IMG/VR virus record: IMGVR_UViG_3300037313_001714
Coordinates: 1 to 64,000 of that record
Origin: a virus
Direction: 5' to 3' (one strand)
Length of the DNA: 64,000 bases
Shown: piece by piece, positions 1-8,856 of the stretch
Position numbering within the stretch: position 1 is the stretch's first letter
How the letters are laid out: each line of letters starts with the position of its first letter
Position numbers and translations under genes: made by a program
The notes under the pieces: generated by a model
What the model was told of the DNA's origin: nothing
Seen by the model: only the letters and a program-made list of their open reading frames with translations
Databases searched by the model: none

Positions 1-8
1 GAGCTTTC

Positions 9-52
9 ACTGTAGGGCATTTGACACAAATTGTCAAGTCACCGCTGACTTA
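9..52 (-). promoter_or_regulatory. sigma70-type promoter (TTGACA-17 nt-TACAGT) firing leftwards, abutted by a GTCACCGCTGAC operator
   Basis: On the minus strand TTGACA (32-37), a 17-nt spacer and TACAGT (9-14). The palindrome GTCACCGCTGACTTA lies at 38-52. Confidence 0.7.
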
Positions 53-375
53 CGCAGCAGGAACAGCAAAGCGAGCGCGCGGGCCAGCCCCTGGGTGGCC
101 TGCGGGGCGGTGGCGTAGCCCTCGCCGCCGGCGTGGAACAGCGCCATCCAGCCGCCCGAGGAATAGGCCTCCAGGTAGGTCTCGCAGCGCGGGGTGAGCG
201 TGTCCTTCAGCTGCTGCGCCACCCGCGGGTCGCCCGCGAAGTCCGGAATCGGCGAGGCGCCCAGGTGCGCCGCGAGCAGCTCGCGGTCGTCGTCCTGCAG
301 CGCGTAGCCCTCGCCGACCAGGATGGTCTGGAAGGTGTATTGCTTGGCGTTCTTGGCCACGGTTGCCTTTCTCAT
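34..375 (-). CDS. hypothetical phage protein
   Basis: 113-aa ORF with GC3-rich codon usage, directly downstream of the wHTH gene; no recognised motif. Confidence 0.6.
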   Translation of the reverse strand: MRKATVAKNAKQYTFQTILVGEGYALQDDDRELLAAHLGASPIPDFAGDPRVAQQLKDTLTPRCETYLEAYSSGGWMALFHAGGEGYATAPQATQGLARALALLFLLRKSAVT

Positions 376-386
376 GGGTGGGCTCT

Positions 387-734
387 TCAGAGGTCCTCGG
401 GGATGTCGCTGACGACCTGGTCCAGCTCGTCGTCTTCCAGCGCCACCACGTAGTGGGGCTTTTCCGCGCGGGCGATGCCGATCAGGGCGCGGCCGGCGGC
501 GGTGGCGTCGATCACCACCCGCTGGCGGCCGCGCCGCTTTTCGATGCCGCGCTTGTAGATCAGGCCGCGGCGGATCAGCGCGCGGATCGAGAACTGCAGG
601 CTCTGCTTGCTGGTCTCGTAGGGCACGCGGTCCAGGATCTCGTCCAGGTCGCAGGGGCCCTCCACCCCGTTGCCCTTGGCGATGACGGTCATGAGCAGGA
701 TCTGCTTGTGCGTGAGGTGGGCGCTGTCGGTCAT
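387..734 (-). CDS. winged-helix (MarR-like) DNA-binding protein
   Basis: Pattern 'LDEILDRV..TSKQSLQFSIRALIRRGLIYKRG..RR..RVVIDATAAG' is typical of wHTH helix plus wing. Confidence 0.7.
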   Translation of the reverse strand: MTDSAHLTHKQILLMTVIAKGNGVEGPCDLDEILDRVPYETSKQSLQFSIRALIRRGLIYKRGIEKRRGRQRVVIDATAAGRALIGIARAEKPHYVVALEDDELDQVVSDIPEDL

Positions 735-1675
735 GGGGCGGTCATCCGCTCCTGCAGCATGAGCAGGTCGCGCACGCGCGCCATGTCCAGCGGTTCATTG
801 GTCGCCTGCAGGTCGAACGCCAGCAGCGGCAGGCGCGCCGGCATGTCAGCGCGCAGGCAGTCGGCGGCGCTGTCGAAGTCCGGGTTCTCGTAGACGCCGT
901 ACAGCGGTGAGGCCAGCACCAGCTGCTGCAGGCTTTTCACGAGGTAGCCCACCGCCATCGCCTCCACCCGGCTGGTGCCGTTGGCGCGGTTGTCGCCCGA
1001 CTTCTCCATCGAGGAGCAGCGGTAGTAGAAGTGGCGCATCTCGTCGACGCACTTGGCGCGCACCGCCTCGGGCATGGCCTGCAGCTCGGCCATGACGCCC
1101 ACGTAGTCGCTCGGGTGGCAGGCGAACCAGCGCTTGAAAAAGCCCAGCCCCTTTTCGTAGTAGTTCGAGCGGCGCGGCGGCGTGAAGCGCATGCCGGCCT
1201 TGGCCGCGAACGGGTTGAACTTGCTCATCGAGGACTGGAACTCGACGAAGCGGCAGCCGGTCATGCGCATCATCAGGTTCTGCATCCGGTAGGCGATGCC
1301 GGCACCCCGGTACATGGTGTCCAGCACCAGCCGGCTGTTGGTGCAGCTGTGGTCGTTCATCCACAGCGCCCGGTGCTGGTTCATCACGCGCGTGTCGCGC
1401 CCGTCCTGGTTGGGCTTCATGTGCCGGAAGGCGTGGTTGCGCCCGGACAGCAGCATCTTGGGCACCGTCATGACGCCCACGCCGATGGTGCCGTGGCCGG
1501 CCAGCACGCAGCGGTAGACCTTGGGGCCGATGCCGAGGCGCTCGGCCTTGTAGTGCAGCTCGTGCAGCAGGTCCCAGTCGTGCTTGTCGCCGCGCTCGAC
1601 GTAGATGCGCGGCAGCAGCGACAGGCTGTGGTGCGCCGGCAGCGGGCGGCGCGCGATGACGACGTCGTCGCTCAA
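731..1675 (-). CDS. GNAT-fold acetyltransferase of the ABC-ATPase-associated type
   Basis: Acetyl-CoA loop 'SRLVLDTMYRGAGIA' followed by 'SSMSKFNPFAAKAGM'. Probable TTG start overlapping the upstream stop codon. Confidence 0.7.
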   Translation of the reverse strand: MSDDVVIARRPLPAHHSLSLLPRIYVERGDKHDWDLLHELHYKAERLGIGPKVYRCVLAGHGTIGVGVMTVPKMLLSGRNHAFRHMKPNQDGRDTRVMNQHRALWMNDHSCTNSRLVLDTMYRGAGIAYRMQNLMMRMTGCRFVEFQSSMSKFNPFAAKAGMRFTPPRRSNYYEKGLGFFKRWFACHPSDYVGVMAELQAMPEAVRAKCVDEMRHFYYRCSSMEKSGDNRANGTSRVEAMAVGYLVKSLQQLVLASPLYGVYENPDFDSAADCLRADMPARLPLLAFDLQATNEPLDMARVRDLLMLQERMTAP

Positions 1676-2157
1676 TGCAGTCCGAGCCTTTCGATCTGCT
1701 CGCACTGGTGCGCGGTGCGCGCGTCCGCCAGGTTCAGCGCATCCACCCCCATGCCGCAGTCGGTGGCCAGCTCGCAGGTCACGCGCACGGCGGTGACGGC
1801 GTCGGCGCCCATGTGCATGGCGGCCAGCGCGAAGTCGCGCCCGCTTCCCATCGCGTCAAAGCGCCCCTCGATGCGCATCGGGTGCGGGAATTCCTCGTAG
1901 ATCCAGAGCTGGCCGCTCCAGTCGATGAACATGCAGTAGGCCTCGCGGTCCTTGACGCCCTGCACGCGCGGCCACTCGTCGGGGTCGCGCCCGCCGCGAA
2001 ACCACTCGACCATGGCGACGCCGGCGGCCAGGCAGCCGCAGAAGCCCATGATGCCCTCGGGCACGCGGTGGATCTTGGTCACCTCGCGGCCGAAGTTGCC
2101 GAAGCTGCCCTGGCGGTCAGCGGCCAGGGTCTTGCCGTCCCATGCGAGGATCGTCAT
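1672..2157 (-). CDS. Ntn-hydrolase (HslV/proteasome-beta-like) peptidase
   Basis: N-terminal 'MTILAWDGKTLAADRQ' (Thr nucleophile after Met removal), 'TKI', and 'AMGSGRDFALAAM'. Confidence 0.75.
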   Translation of the reverse strand: MTILAWDGKTLAADRQGSFGNFGREVTKIHRVPEGIMGFCGCLAAGVAMVEWFRGGRDPDEWPRVQGVKDREAYCMFIDWSGQLWIYEEFPHPMRIEGRFDAMGSGRDFALAAMHMGADAVTAVRVTCELATDCGMGVDALNLADARTAHQCEQIERLGLH

Positions 2158-2522
2158 TCGTCGCCTTCCCGGCGCCAGTCGATGACGCCTTGCTCCATCA
2201 GGTACTCGGTGATGCGCAGCGCCGTGTGCGCGCCCACCAGCGGGATGCTGGCGTGGTCGCCGCGGTGCACCTGCAGGTGCGGCACGATCTCGCCGGCGCG
2301 CTCGGGGTCCCAGGACAGCGCGCCGTGCACCCGCACGAGGTAGAAGCCGTGCTTGCGGCACAGCTCCTCGACGTAGTGCTTGGTCGAGCGGCAGGGGTCG
2401 CAGAAGTCCTGGTAGGCGAGCGTGACGATCGGCGCGCCGCGGGCAGCGGCCGCCTCCACTTCCGGCGTGGTGTGCAGGAAGCAGTCGTACTTCAGGCCGT
2501 TGCCCAGGTGGCCGAGCTTCAT
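2154..2522 (-). CDS. thioredoxin/glutaredoxin-like protein
   Basis: 'IVTLAYQDFCDPCRSTKHYVEEL' is a beta-strand, CxxC, helix arrangement. Confidence 0.5.
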   Translation of the reverse strand: MKLGHLGNGLKYDCFLHTTPEVEAAAARGAPIVTLAYQDFCDPCRSTKHYVEELCRKHGFYLVRVHGALSWDPERAGEIVPHLQVHRGDHASIPLVGAHTALRITEYLMEQGVIDWRREGDE

Positions 2523-3172
2523 GCGCGGAACTCCGCGTCCGGGCGGTGCAGCGCGATCTTCTCGCGGTAGCGCTTCTCGATCACCAGGCTGGGGGCCAGG
2601 TCGGCCACCATGTCGGCGTGGGTGGTGGCCACCAGCAGCGTCGCGCCGACCTTGCGCGCCACCTTCTGCAGGTTGAAGGCGATCACGCAGGCGGTGGTGC
2701 GGTCCAGCACCGCCAGGAACTCGTCGGCGATCCAGACGTGGGCGCCCGACTCGATCAGCTTGGCCAGGCGAAAGCGGTAGCGCTGGCCGTCCGAAAGTTC
2801 GCTCGGTTTTCGGACAAAAAGGTAGGCGTCGTTCAGGCCGGCGATCGACAGCAGGTTCAGCGCCTCGGTGGTGCTGGCGCCGATCTGGTCGATCAGCGGC
2901 ACCTCGCGCAGCGCCACGGCGTCGATGTCGGCGACCTGCAGGCCCTCGTCCTGCATGCGCGCGGCCAGCAGCCGCAGCAGGCAGCTCTTGCCCGAGCCGG
3001 ACTGGCCGGTGATGTAGACCACGTCGCCGGCCTGCACTTCGATGTCCTGCTGGTCGAAGACGACGAACTCCTTGTCGTCCAGGCCGAGACCGAACGCCTC
3101 GGCGATCTCCAGCACGCGCGGGCTGCGCTCGACCTCGGTGTGGAAGCGCTTGTCGATGCGGTAGACGCTCAC
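2519..3172 (-). CDS. stand-alone ABC-family ATPase (no permease)
   Basis: Walker A GQSGSGKS, signature LSDGQRYR, Walker B WIADEF, H-loop ATTH. Confidence 0.9.
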   Translation of the reverse strand: MSVYRIDKRFHTEVERSPRVLEIAEAFGLGLDDKEFVVFDQQDIEVQAGDVVYITGQSGSGKSCLLRLLAARMQDEGLQVADIDAVALREVPLIDQIGASTTEALNLLSIAGLNDAYLFVRKPSELSDGQRYRFRLAKLIESGAHVWIADEFLAVLDRTTACVIAFNLQKVARKVGATLLVATTHADMVADLAPSLVIEKRYREKIALHRPDAEFRA

Positions 3173-3414
3173 GTGCGGTCCCTCCGCACGGCCACCAAGG
3201 TGCCGCAGAAGGCGCCGGCGGCGGCCGGGATCAGCAGCCAGGGGTCGCTCACGTAGCTCACCACGGCGTAGGCGCCGCTCAGAAACAGCAGGACGGCCCA
3301 GGCCGCGGCGGCCAGGCCGCGCTTGTCGCGCACCTTCTGCACGTACCGGCCCCAGGCGATGTCGGTGCAGAACATGGCCAGGAACACCGGGAGCCAGCGC
3401 GCCGGCTCGATCAC
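3169..3414 (-). CDS. small membrane protein
   Basis: GTG start at 3414; three hydrophobic segments ('IEPARWLPVFLAMF...'). Confidence 0.55.
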   Translation of the reverse strand: MIEPARWLPVFLAMFCTDIAWGRYVQKVRDKRGLAAAAWAVLLFLSGAYAVVSYVSDPWLLIPAAAGAFCGTLVAVRRDRT

Positions 3415-3629
3415 CGCACGACCTCGGTGTCGTAGAAGTGCTTCACGACGTCCATCGCCGTCAGCTCGGGAACCACGGCGTTGGGCTGCGCGGCGCTCAC
3501 GCGCGCGGTGGCGTGAATGGTGGCCCAGTAGATGACGCGGCGCGGCAGGTGACGCGCGACGAAGTGCGCCAGCACGTCCGGCGCGTCGGCCAGGAACAGC
3601 CGGATGGTGAACCACAGCTCGTTGATCAT
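3411..3629 (-). CDS. hypothetical protein
   Basis: 72 aa, translationally coupled at both ends. Confidence 0.55.
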   Translation of the reverse strand: MINELWFTIRLFLADAPDVLAHFVARHLPRRVIYWATIHATARVSAAQPNAVVPELTAMDVVKHFYDTEVVR

Positions 3630-4027
3630 CGGGTCTTCCTCAGTGCGCGCCAGGCCGCGTGCAGCCAGTTCTCCAGGCGCGGGTTGTCCAGGTTCACCTG
3701 CATCCAGCCGTTGGCGCTCTGGGTGGTGATGTGCTCCTCCTCCTCGCCGCCGTGGATGCCGTAGGAGTGGTTGATGGCGTGGCCGATCTCGTGGATCAGC
3801 GTGTTGACGAACTGGTCGAACTCGCTGTCCGTCGCCATCAGGATGCGGGTGGTCTCGGCGTCGGTCAGGCCCAGGCAGCTGTAGGGCTCGCCCTCGTCGT
3901 CCTCGCCGTTCAGGTCCGGATGGTCCTTGGCCACCAGCAGCAGCTTGAAGGTGAAGCTGCCGATGCGCAGGCGCTTGGGCAGCCGCTCCACCGAGACCGG
4001 GTAGCCCGGGGTGCGGTCGTCAGGCAT
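3626..4027 (-). CDS. putative HExxH metallopeptidase
   Basis: 'FVNTLIHEIGHAINH'; start MPDDR at 4027. Confidence 0.6.
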   Translation of the reverse strand: MPDDRTPGYPVSVERLPKRLRIGSFTFKLLLVAKDHPDLNGEDDEGEPYSCLGLTDAETTRILMATDSEFDQFVNTLIHEIGHAINHSYGIHGGEEEEHITTQSANGWMQVNLDNPRLENWLHAAWRALRKTR

Positions 4028-4508
4028 GGCCGTCGCCCTGCGCGTGGTGAATGATCTCGACGCCCGAGAACTGGTAGCCCTCGCGCGCGTAGCGCTGGGC
4101 GATCCACAGCGGGTGCGGCAGCATGTGGATGCCCTCGTCGACGCCGGTGTGGTGCGGCTTGCACAGCAGCAGGCCATTGATGGTCATGTCGTCGACAAAC
4201 AGGTAGGGGTCGCGTGCCTTGTCGAAGGCGGCCCAGTCGAACTGCGGGAAGTCCAGGCGGATCTGCGCCTTGGGGCCCCAGTCCACCGCTTCGGCCAGCG
4301 AGCGCTCGATCGGGAAGTGGTGCGCCTCCAGCGGGCCGACTTCCGCTGCGGTGCGCCCGCAGATGTGGCAGCGCCCGCCGGCCTTGGTGATCAGCAGCTT
4401 GCGGGTGCGCTCGAACAGCGCCGTGGCCGTGCGCGGCGCGTGCGCCGGCAGGTTCACGTCGACCTGCAGGGTCTCTTTTTCCTCGTGCGGCTTGTCGGCC
4501 TTGTCCAT
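4020..4508 (-). CDS. HNH-like nuclease / zinc-binding protein
   Basis: 'CHICG...LEAHH...NGLLLCKPHH'. Confidence 0.6.
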   Translation of the reverse strand: MDKADKPHEEKETLQVDVNLPAHAPRTATALFERTRKLLITKAGGRCHICGRTAAEVGPLEAHHFPIERSLAEAVDWGPKAQIRLDFPQFDWAAFDKARDPYLFVDDMTINGLLLCKPHHTGVDEGIHMLPHPLWIAQRYAREGYQFSGVEIIHHAQGDGHA

Positions 4509-4522
4509 GCGTCACCCGTGAC

Positions 4523-5176
4523 TTACTTGCGCGCCGCGAGAAAGGCCAGGAAGGCGGCGGCGCCCTGCTCCCCGGTTTCGGCCTCGATCTGGGCCATGAA
4601 CATCGCCACCGTGCGCTCGTCGCGGCCCTTGATGGACTTGAAGCCCAGGGCCTTGGCGATCGGCACGTCCTTCTCGTCGGCCTCGTTGATCGTGCGGTCG
4701 GTCTCGGCGGCCTGCGCGTCGAGCGCGCCGTCCAGGTCCTCGACGAAGGCGTCGGCGTTGATCTCGCCCAGGTCCGCGTCCAGGAAGGCCAGCTCCTTCT
4801 TGTCGAAGATGCCCTCCATGTCGAAGTCCAGCTCCTTCAGCTCGGCCTGCAGCAAGTCGGTGTCGTAGCCGCTGATCGCCACCCGGTTGTCGGCCAGGCG
4901 GTAGGCGTTCTGCTCGGCGGGCGTCATGCCCGCGGCGACCAGCACCGGCACCTTCTTCAGGCCCAGCTCGATGGCCGCCAGGCGCCGGCCGTGGCCGGCC
5001 AGGATCACGCCCTGCTCGTTCACCACGATCGGGTTGCCGCGCCAGCCGAGCTTTTTGATGCTGGCGGCGATCTGCGCCACCTGCGCCTTGCCGTGCACCT
5101 TGGCGTTCTTGGCGTAGGGCTGGACGGCCTCGAGCGGCCACAGCTGGATGTCGCCCGCGGGCGTCTTGCTGCTCAT
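4523..5176 (-). CDS. ParB/Srx N-terminal domain protein
   Basis: 'PYAKNAKVH', 'PIVVNEQGVILAGHGRRLAA', 'LADNR'; no ParB HTH evident. Confidence 0.85.
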   Translation of the reverse strand: MSSKTPAGDIQLWPLEAVQPYAKNAKVHGKAQVAQIAASIKKLGWRGNPIVVNEQGVILAGHGRRLAAIELGLKKVPVLVAAGMTPAEQNAYRLADNRVAISGYDTDLLQAELKELDFDMEGIFDKKELAFLDADLGEINADAFVEDLDGALDAQAAETDRTINEADEKDVPIAKALGFKSIKGRDERTVAMFMAQIEAETGEQGAAAFLAFLAARK

Positions 5177-5379
5177 TCGAGGTCTCCGTAGCGGTCGCGA
5201 AATTCGTCCAGGTCCATGTCTTCCACGCTGTCGACGTCCGGGCCCTCGTCGGAGAAGCCCTCCCAGTTGCTCTCGCTGCTGCAGGTGGCGCACTGGAACG
5301 GGTCCAGCTCGCGGTTCACGCAGGAGGCGCAGCCGGGGTAGCCGCGGCCGGCGCGCGGCATCTCAGGCTTGCGTGGCAT
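5173..5379 (-). CDS. small Cys-rich acidic protein
   Basis: CASC...CATC with an acidic tail. Confidence 0.55.
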   Translation of the reverse strand: MPRKPEMPRAGRGYPGCASCVNRELDPFQCATCSSESNWEGFSDEGPDVDSVEDMDLDEFRDRYGDLE

Positions 5380-5560
5380 CGGGACTTTCTTCGCTCACCA
5401 GCACGCGCGTTCCGCGCCACACGGTGAGGGTCAGCTCGTCGCCCGGCAGCACCTTGGCCACCGGCCCAAGCGCCGAGCGCGCGCCGTTGTCGTGCTGGCG
5501 CCAGACGTGCACCGGGGCCGGCTCGGTCGGCGCCAGCTTGACGGTCACTTGGATGGTCAC
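5363..5560 (-). CDS. hypothetical protein
   Basis: 65 aa coupled ORF within the operon. Confidence 0.5.
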   Translation of the reverse strand: MTIQVTVKLAPTEPAPVHVWRQHDNGARSALGPVAKVLPGDELTLTVWRGTRVLVSEESPDATQA

Positions 5561-6192
5561 GGTTGGGACTCCTTGAAGACGTGCACGAGGGCGTTGCCGG
5601 CGTTGGCCAGGCTGTCCTCGTCGGTGAACTTCTGCTCCTTCATCACCCGCTCGATGCGCTGGGAGATGGCCGCCACGTCCTCCACCGGCACCTTGAAGCG
5701 CATGATCTGGTGGGTCTGCACCTTGGGCCTGGCCGGCGGCGGCGCGTGCGGACCGTCGTCATCGAGGTCCAGGTCCTCGAGGGCTATATTGGTTGCAGCG
5801 AAGATGCCCGCGAGGTCATCGTCGTCCAGCGGCATGAACGAGGCCAGCTCCTCGGGCGTGCCCAGCCCTTCGAGCAGTTCGGCCAGCTTGAGGGTGTCGT
5901 CCTCGCCGTAGCGGGCGTTGTCCAACAGGCCGATTTCCTGGGCCGCCTTGTCGTCGATGCGCCCGACGTTGTGAATGGGGACCGTTTTGAGCTTCAGCCG
6001 CACCGCGGCTTCGACCCGGTGCTGCCCGCCGATGATCTGCAGCGTGCCGTCGGCCAGCTCGCGCACGATCACCGGCTTGAACATGCCGCGCCGGCGCACG
6101 CTGGCATCGAGCTTGGCCGCCGCCTCCGGGCTGACGTGGTTGGTGTTCCAGGGGTTCGGCTGCAGCCGTTTCGGGTCGGCGGTGGGTGTCAT
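5557..6192 (-). CDS. ParB/Srx N-terminal domain protein (second copy)
   Basis: 'LQPNPWNTN', 'KPVIVR', 'IIGGQHRVEAA'. Confidence 0.85.
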   Translation of the reverse strand: MTPTADPKRLQPNPWNTNHVSPEAAAKLDASVRRRGMFKPVIVRELADGTLQIIGGQHRVEAAVRLKLKTVPIHNVGRIDDKAAQEIGLLDNARYGEDDTLKLAELLEGLGTPEELASFMPLDDDDLAGIFAATNIALEDLDLDDDGPHAPPPARPKVQTHQIMRFKVPVEDVAAISQRIERVMKEQKFTDEDSLANAGNALVHVFKESQP

Positions 6193-6210
6193 TGGGTCGG
6201 GCCGGCGCCC

Positions 6211-6233
6211 TTACAGTCACCGGTGACTTATAC
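6211..6233. promoter_or_regulatory. operator palindrome in the divergent ParB/helicase promoter region
   Basis: Perfect AGTCACCGGTGACT at 6215-6228, immediately followed by TATACT. Confidence 0.7.
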
Positions 6234-6268
6234 TTTACGCCTGTTTTCACCCTGTGGCAAGTACCTCC

Positions 6269-8002
6269 ATGCCTGAGACCGTCACCATCGCCTCGAACGC
6301 CGTGCTGGCCAAGCTGCACCAGCCCTCGCGCGAGGTGAAGCTCGCCGTGCAGGCGATCCTGTCCTACGAGGTGGAGGGCTACGAGCAGTCGCTCGCCTTC
6401 AAGCGCGGTGGCTGGGACGGTCGCAGCTCGTTCCTGGATTTCCGCGCCGGCACCTTCCCGGCCGGCTTCGTGGTCTACGTCGCCGCCGCCCTGCGCAAGC
6501 AAGGCCACGTGGTGCGCACGGTGCGCAAGCCGCTGCCCGAGCCGCTCGGTCCGCTGCACGCCAAGGTGGACGCGCTCGGCGACGATCCGCGCTACGACTT
6601 TCAGGACGAGACGGTCGAGCGCCTGGTCAAGCACGGCGCGATCATCGCCCAGGTCGCCACCGGCGGCGGCAAGAGCCGCATCGCGCGCAAGGCGTTCGTG
6701 CGCATCGGGCGGCCGACCATGTTTCTGACCACCCGCGGCATCCTGATGTACCAGATGGCCGAGGGCTTTCAGAGCCACCTCGGCATCGGCCCGTCGGTGC
6801 TGGGCGACGGCCAGTTCGGCCACACGGTGGTGGGCAGCGACGGCATCGAGCGCCAGACGGTCAAGAAGATCAGCGTGGCGATGGTGCAGACGCTGATCGC
6901 GCGGCTGGAGGAAAAGACCGTCGACGTCGAGCTGAAGCGCTGGGCCGAGGCGCGCGCGGCCAAGGAGCGCAAGGCCGAGAAGGCGCTCGAGCAGCGCCTG
7001 CTCAAGGCCAAGCTGCCGCACGTCCAGGTCGAGCGGCAGGTCCAGGCGCTGGAGGCCAAGCACGCCGCGGCCCGCCCGGCCCTGCCGGCGCTGCGCGCGG
7101 AGATCGCCGCCAAGGTCGAGGCCCACATGCGCGAGCGCGCCCGCACGATCCGCCTGCTCGAGATGATGGAGCTGGTGATCCTGGAGGAGGCCCACGAGGC
7201 CAGCGGCAACAGCTACTACGAGATCCTGCGCCACTGCAAGAACGCCCACTACCGGCTCGCGCTGACGGCCACGCCGATGATGAAGGACTCGCAGGAGTCG
7301 AACATGCGGCTGATGGCCTGCTCGGGGCCGATCGCGATCAAGGTGTCCGAGAAGACGCTGATCGAGCGCGGCATCCTGGCGCGGCCCTACTTCAAGTACC
7401 TGCCGCTCGCGCGCAAGCCCGACAAGCTCTACCGCCACACCGGCTGGCAGAGCGCCTACCGCATCGGCATCGTCGAGAACGAATGGCGCAACCGGGCGAT
7501 CGTCGCCGAGTGCGTGAAGATGGCCCGCTGGGGCCTCACCTCGATGGTGCTGGTGCAGCAGGTGGCGCATGGCGACACGCTGCAGGCCCTGATGGCCGCG
7601 GCCGGGCTGCGGGTGGAGTACATCGCCGGCGAGGACGACCACCCGGCGCGCAAGGCGGCGCTGGCGCGCCTGGAGCGCGGCGACATCGACGTGCTGATCG
7701 GCACCAACATCCTGGACGTGGGGGTGGACGTGCCGGCGGTCGGCCACATCTGCCTGGCCGCCGGCGGCAAGGCCGAGGTGTCGCTGCGCCAGCGCATCGG
7801 CCGCGGGCTGCGCGCCAAAAAAAGCGGGCCCAACGTCGCCTTCATCACCGACTTCGCCGATGACTTCAACGAGCACCTGAAGCGCCACGCGCTGCAGCGC
7901 CGCGCTATCGTCGAGGGCACCCCGGGCTTCGTCGAGGGCATCCTGCCGGCCGGCGTCGAGTTCGACTTCGAGGGCCTCGGCCTGCTGCGACGGGCCGCCT
8001 GA
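6269..8002 (+). CDS. superfamily 2 (DExH-like) helicase
   Basis: Motif I ATGGGKS, motif II variant LEEAH, motif III TATP, motif VI QRIGRGLR. Confidence 0.9.
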   Translation: MPETVTIASNAVLAKLHQPSREVKLAVQAILSYEVEGYEQSLAFKRGGWDGRSSFLDFRAGTFPAGFVVYVAAALRKQGHVVRTVRKPLPEPLGPLHAKVDALGDDPRYDFQDETVERLVKHGAIIAQVATGGGKSRIARKAFVRIGRPTMFLTTRGILMYQMAEGFQSHLGIGPSVLGDGQFGHTVVGSDGIERQTVKKISVAMVQTLIARLEEKTVDVELKRWAEARAAKERKAEKALEQRLLKAKLPHVQVERQVQALEAKHAAARPALPALRAEIAAKVEAHMRERARTIRLLEMMELVILEEAHEASGNSYYEILRHCKNAHYRLALTATPMMKDSQESNMRLMACSGPIAIKVSEKTLIERGILARPYFKYLPLARKPDKLYRHTGWQSAYRIGIVENEWRNRAIVAECVKMARWGLTSMVLVQQVAHGDTLQALMAAAGLRVEYIAGEDDHPARKAALARLERGDIDVLIGTNILDVGVDVPAVGHICLAAGGKAEVSLRQRIGRGLRAKKSGPNVAFITDFADDFNEHLKRHALQRRAIVEGTPGFVEGILPAGVEFDFEGLGLLRRAA

Positions 8003-8200
8003 AAAGAAAAGCGGCCGTGGAGAGGCGGCCGCGAAGGTGGTGCAGCGACAAGGGAGAAGCGAAGTCGCCGGCGGCCCGCACCACAGCAAGGGAGGGCAAA
8101 CACGTGGGCCGCAGCTCAACTGTAACGCAGCTTGCGGCAATGTGAAAGGATGGGCTAGAGTGTCAGTCACCAGTGATCTACAATCACGGGAGACAACGCA

Positions 8201-8407
8201 ATGCCCGTCATCATCAACCTGGCCCTGCTCGCCCTCGTGGCGCTGGCCATCGTGCTCACGCACAACCCGCTGTTTCTGCTCGGACTGCTGGCGCTACAGC
8301 ACCCGCTGATGCCCCCGATGATGATGGCGAGCATGGCCGAGCCCGCCGCCGACGAAGACCACCAGCAAAACCCGATCGGCTTCACCGCCGGCGAGCGCGA
8401 CGACTGA
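8201..8407 (+). CDS. small membrane protein
   Basis: Hydrophobic N-terminal half. Preceded by the operator at 8166 plus TACAAT and a GGGAG SD. Confidence 0.55.
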   Translation: MPVIINLALLALVALAIVLTHNPLFLLGLLALQHPLMPPMMMASMAEPAADEDHQQNPIGFTAGERDD

Positions 8408-8435
8408 TTCAGTTCTCGTAACGATTTCCTCCTGA

Positions 8436-8464
8436 AAGCAGCCCCCTACGTGGGGCGCTTTTTT
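8436..8464 (+). terminator. rho-independent terminator
   Basis: AGCAGCCCC-CTACGT-GGGGCGCT followed by TTTTT. Confidence 0.6.
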
Positions 8465-8518
8465 ATCTGCGTGCGCCCGCTAGAATCACGCAGTGCTTAC
8501 TGTCACAGGGAGAATTGC

Positions 8519-8806
8519 GTGACGACTCAGCTGCAAGGCGACGACGATTGCCGCTACACGATGAACATCTCGCGCGGCGCGCGCGATCGGCTCAACGAAC
8601 TGGCCGGCCAGTTCAAGATCACGCAGGGCGAAGTGGTGGAGGTGCTGCTGGCCAGGTGCGACACCAGCGCCCACGCCGACGCCTTCAAGAAAGCCCGCCA
8701 GGACAAGCTGGCAGTGCGCGCGCAAAAGCGCGCCGAGCTGGCCGAGCTGCGCAAGCTGCCGCCCGACAAGCTGCACCAGCTGGTGCAGCAAGCCGGAAAG
8801 CCATGA
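8519..8806 (+). CDS. ribbon-helix-helix-like / coiled-coil small protein
   Basis: GTG start after a GGGAG SD; 'YTMNISRGARDRLNELAGQFKITQGEVVEVLL'. Confidence 0.5.
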   Translation: MTTQLQGDDDCRYTMNISRGARDRLNELAGQFKITQGEVVEVLLARCDTSAHADAFKKARQDKLAVRAQKRAELAELRKLPPDKLHQLVQQAGKP

Positions 8807-8856
8807 GGCTTTTTCACGCCTGTTTCACTAAGTCACTACTGACTCTGGAGGACTAG

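Noticed and set aside
2519-3172. ABC transporter
   Set aside because: No permease or substrate-binding gene. The small membrane ORFs nearby are too short, and the context is GNAT/ParB.
4523-6192. Plasmid partition (parAB) locus
   Set aside because: No ParA, and no HTH/dimerisation region recognisable in either ParB-N protein.
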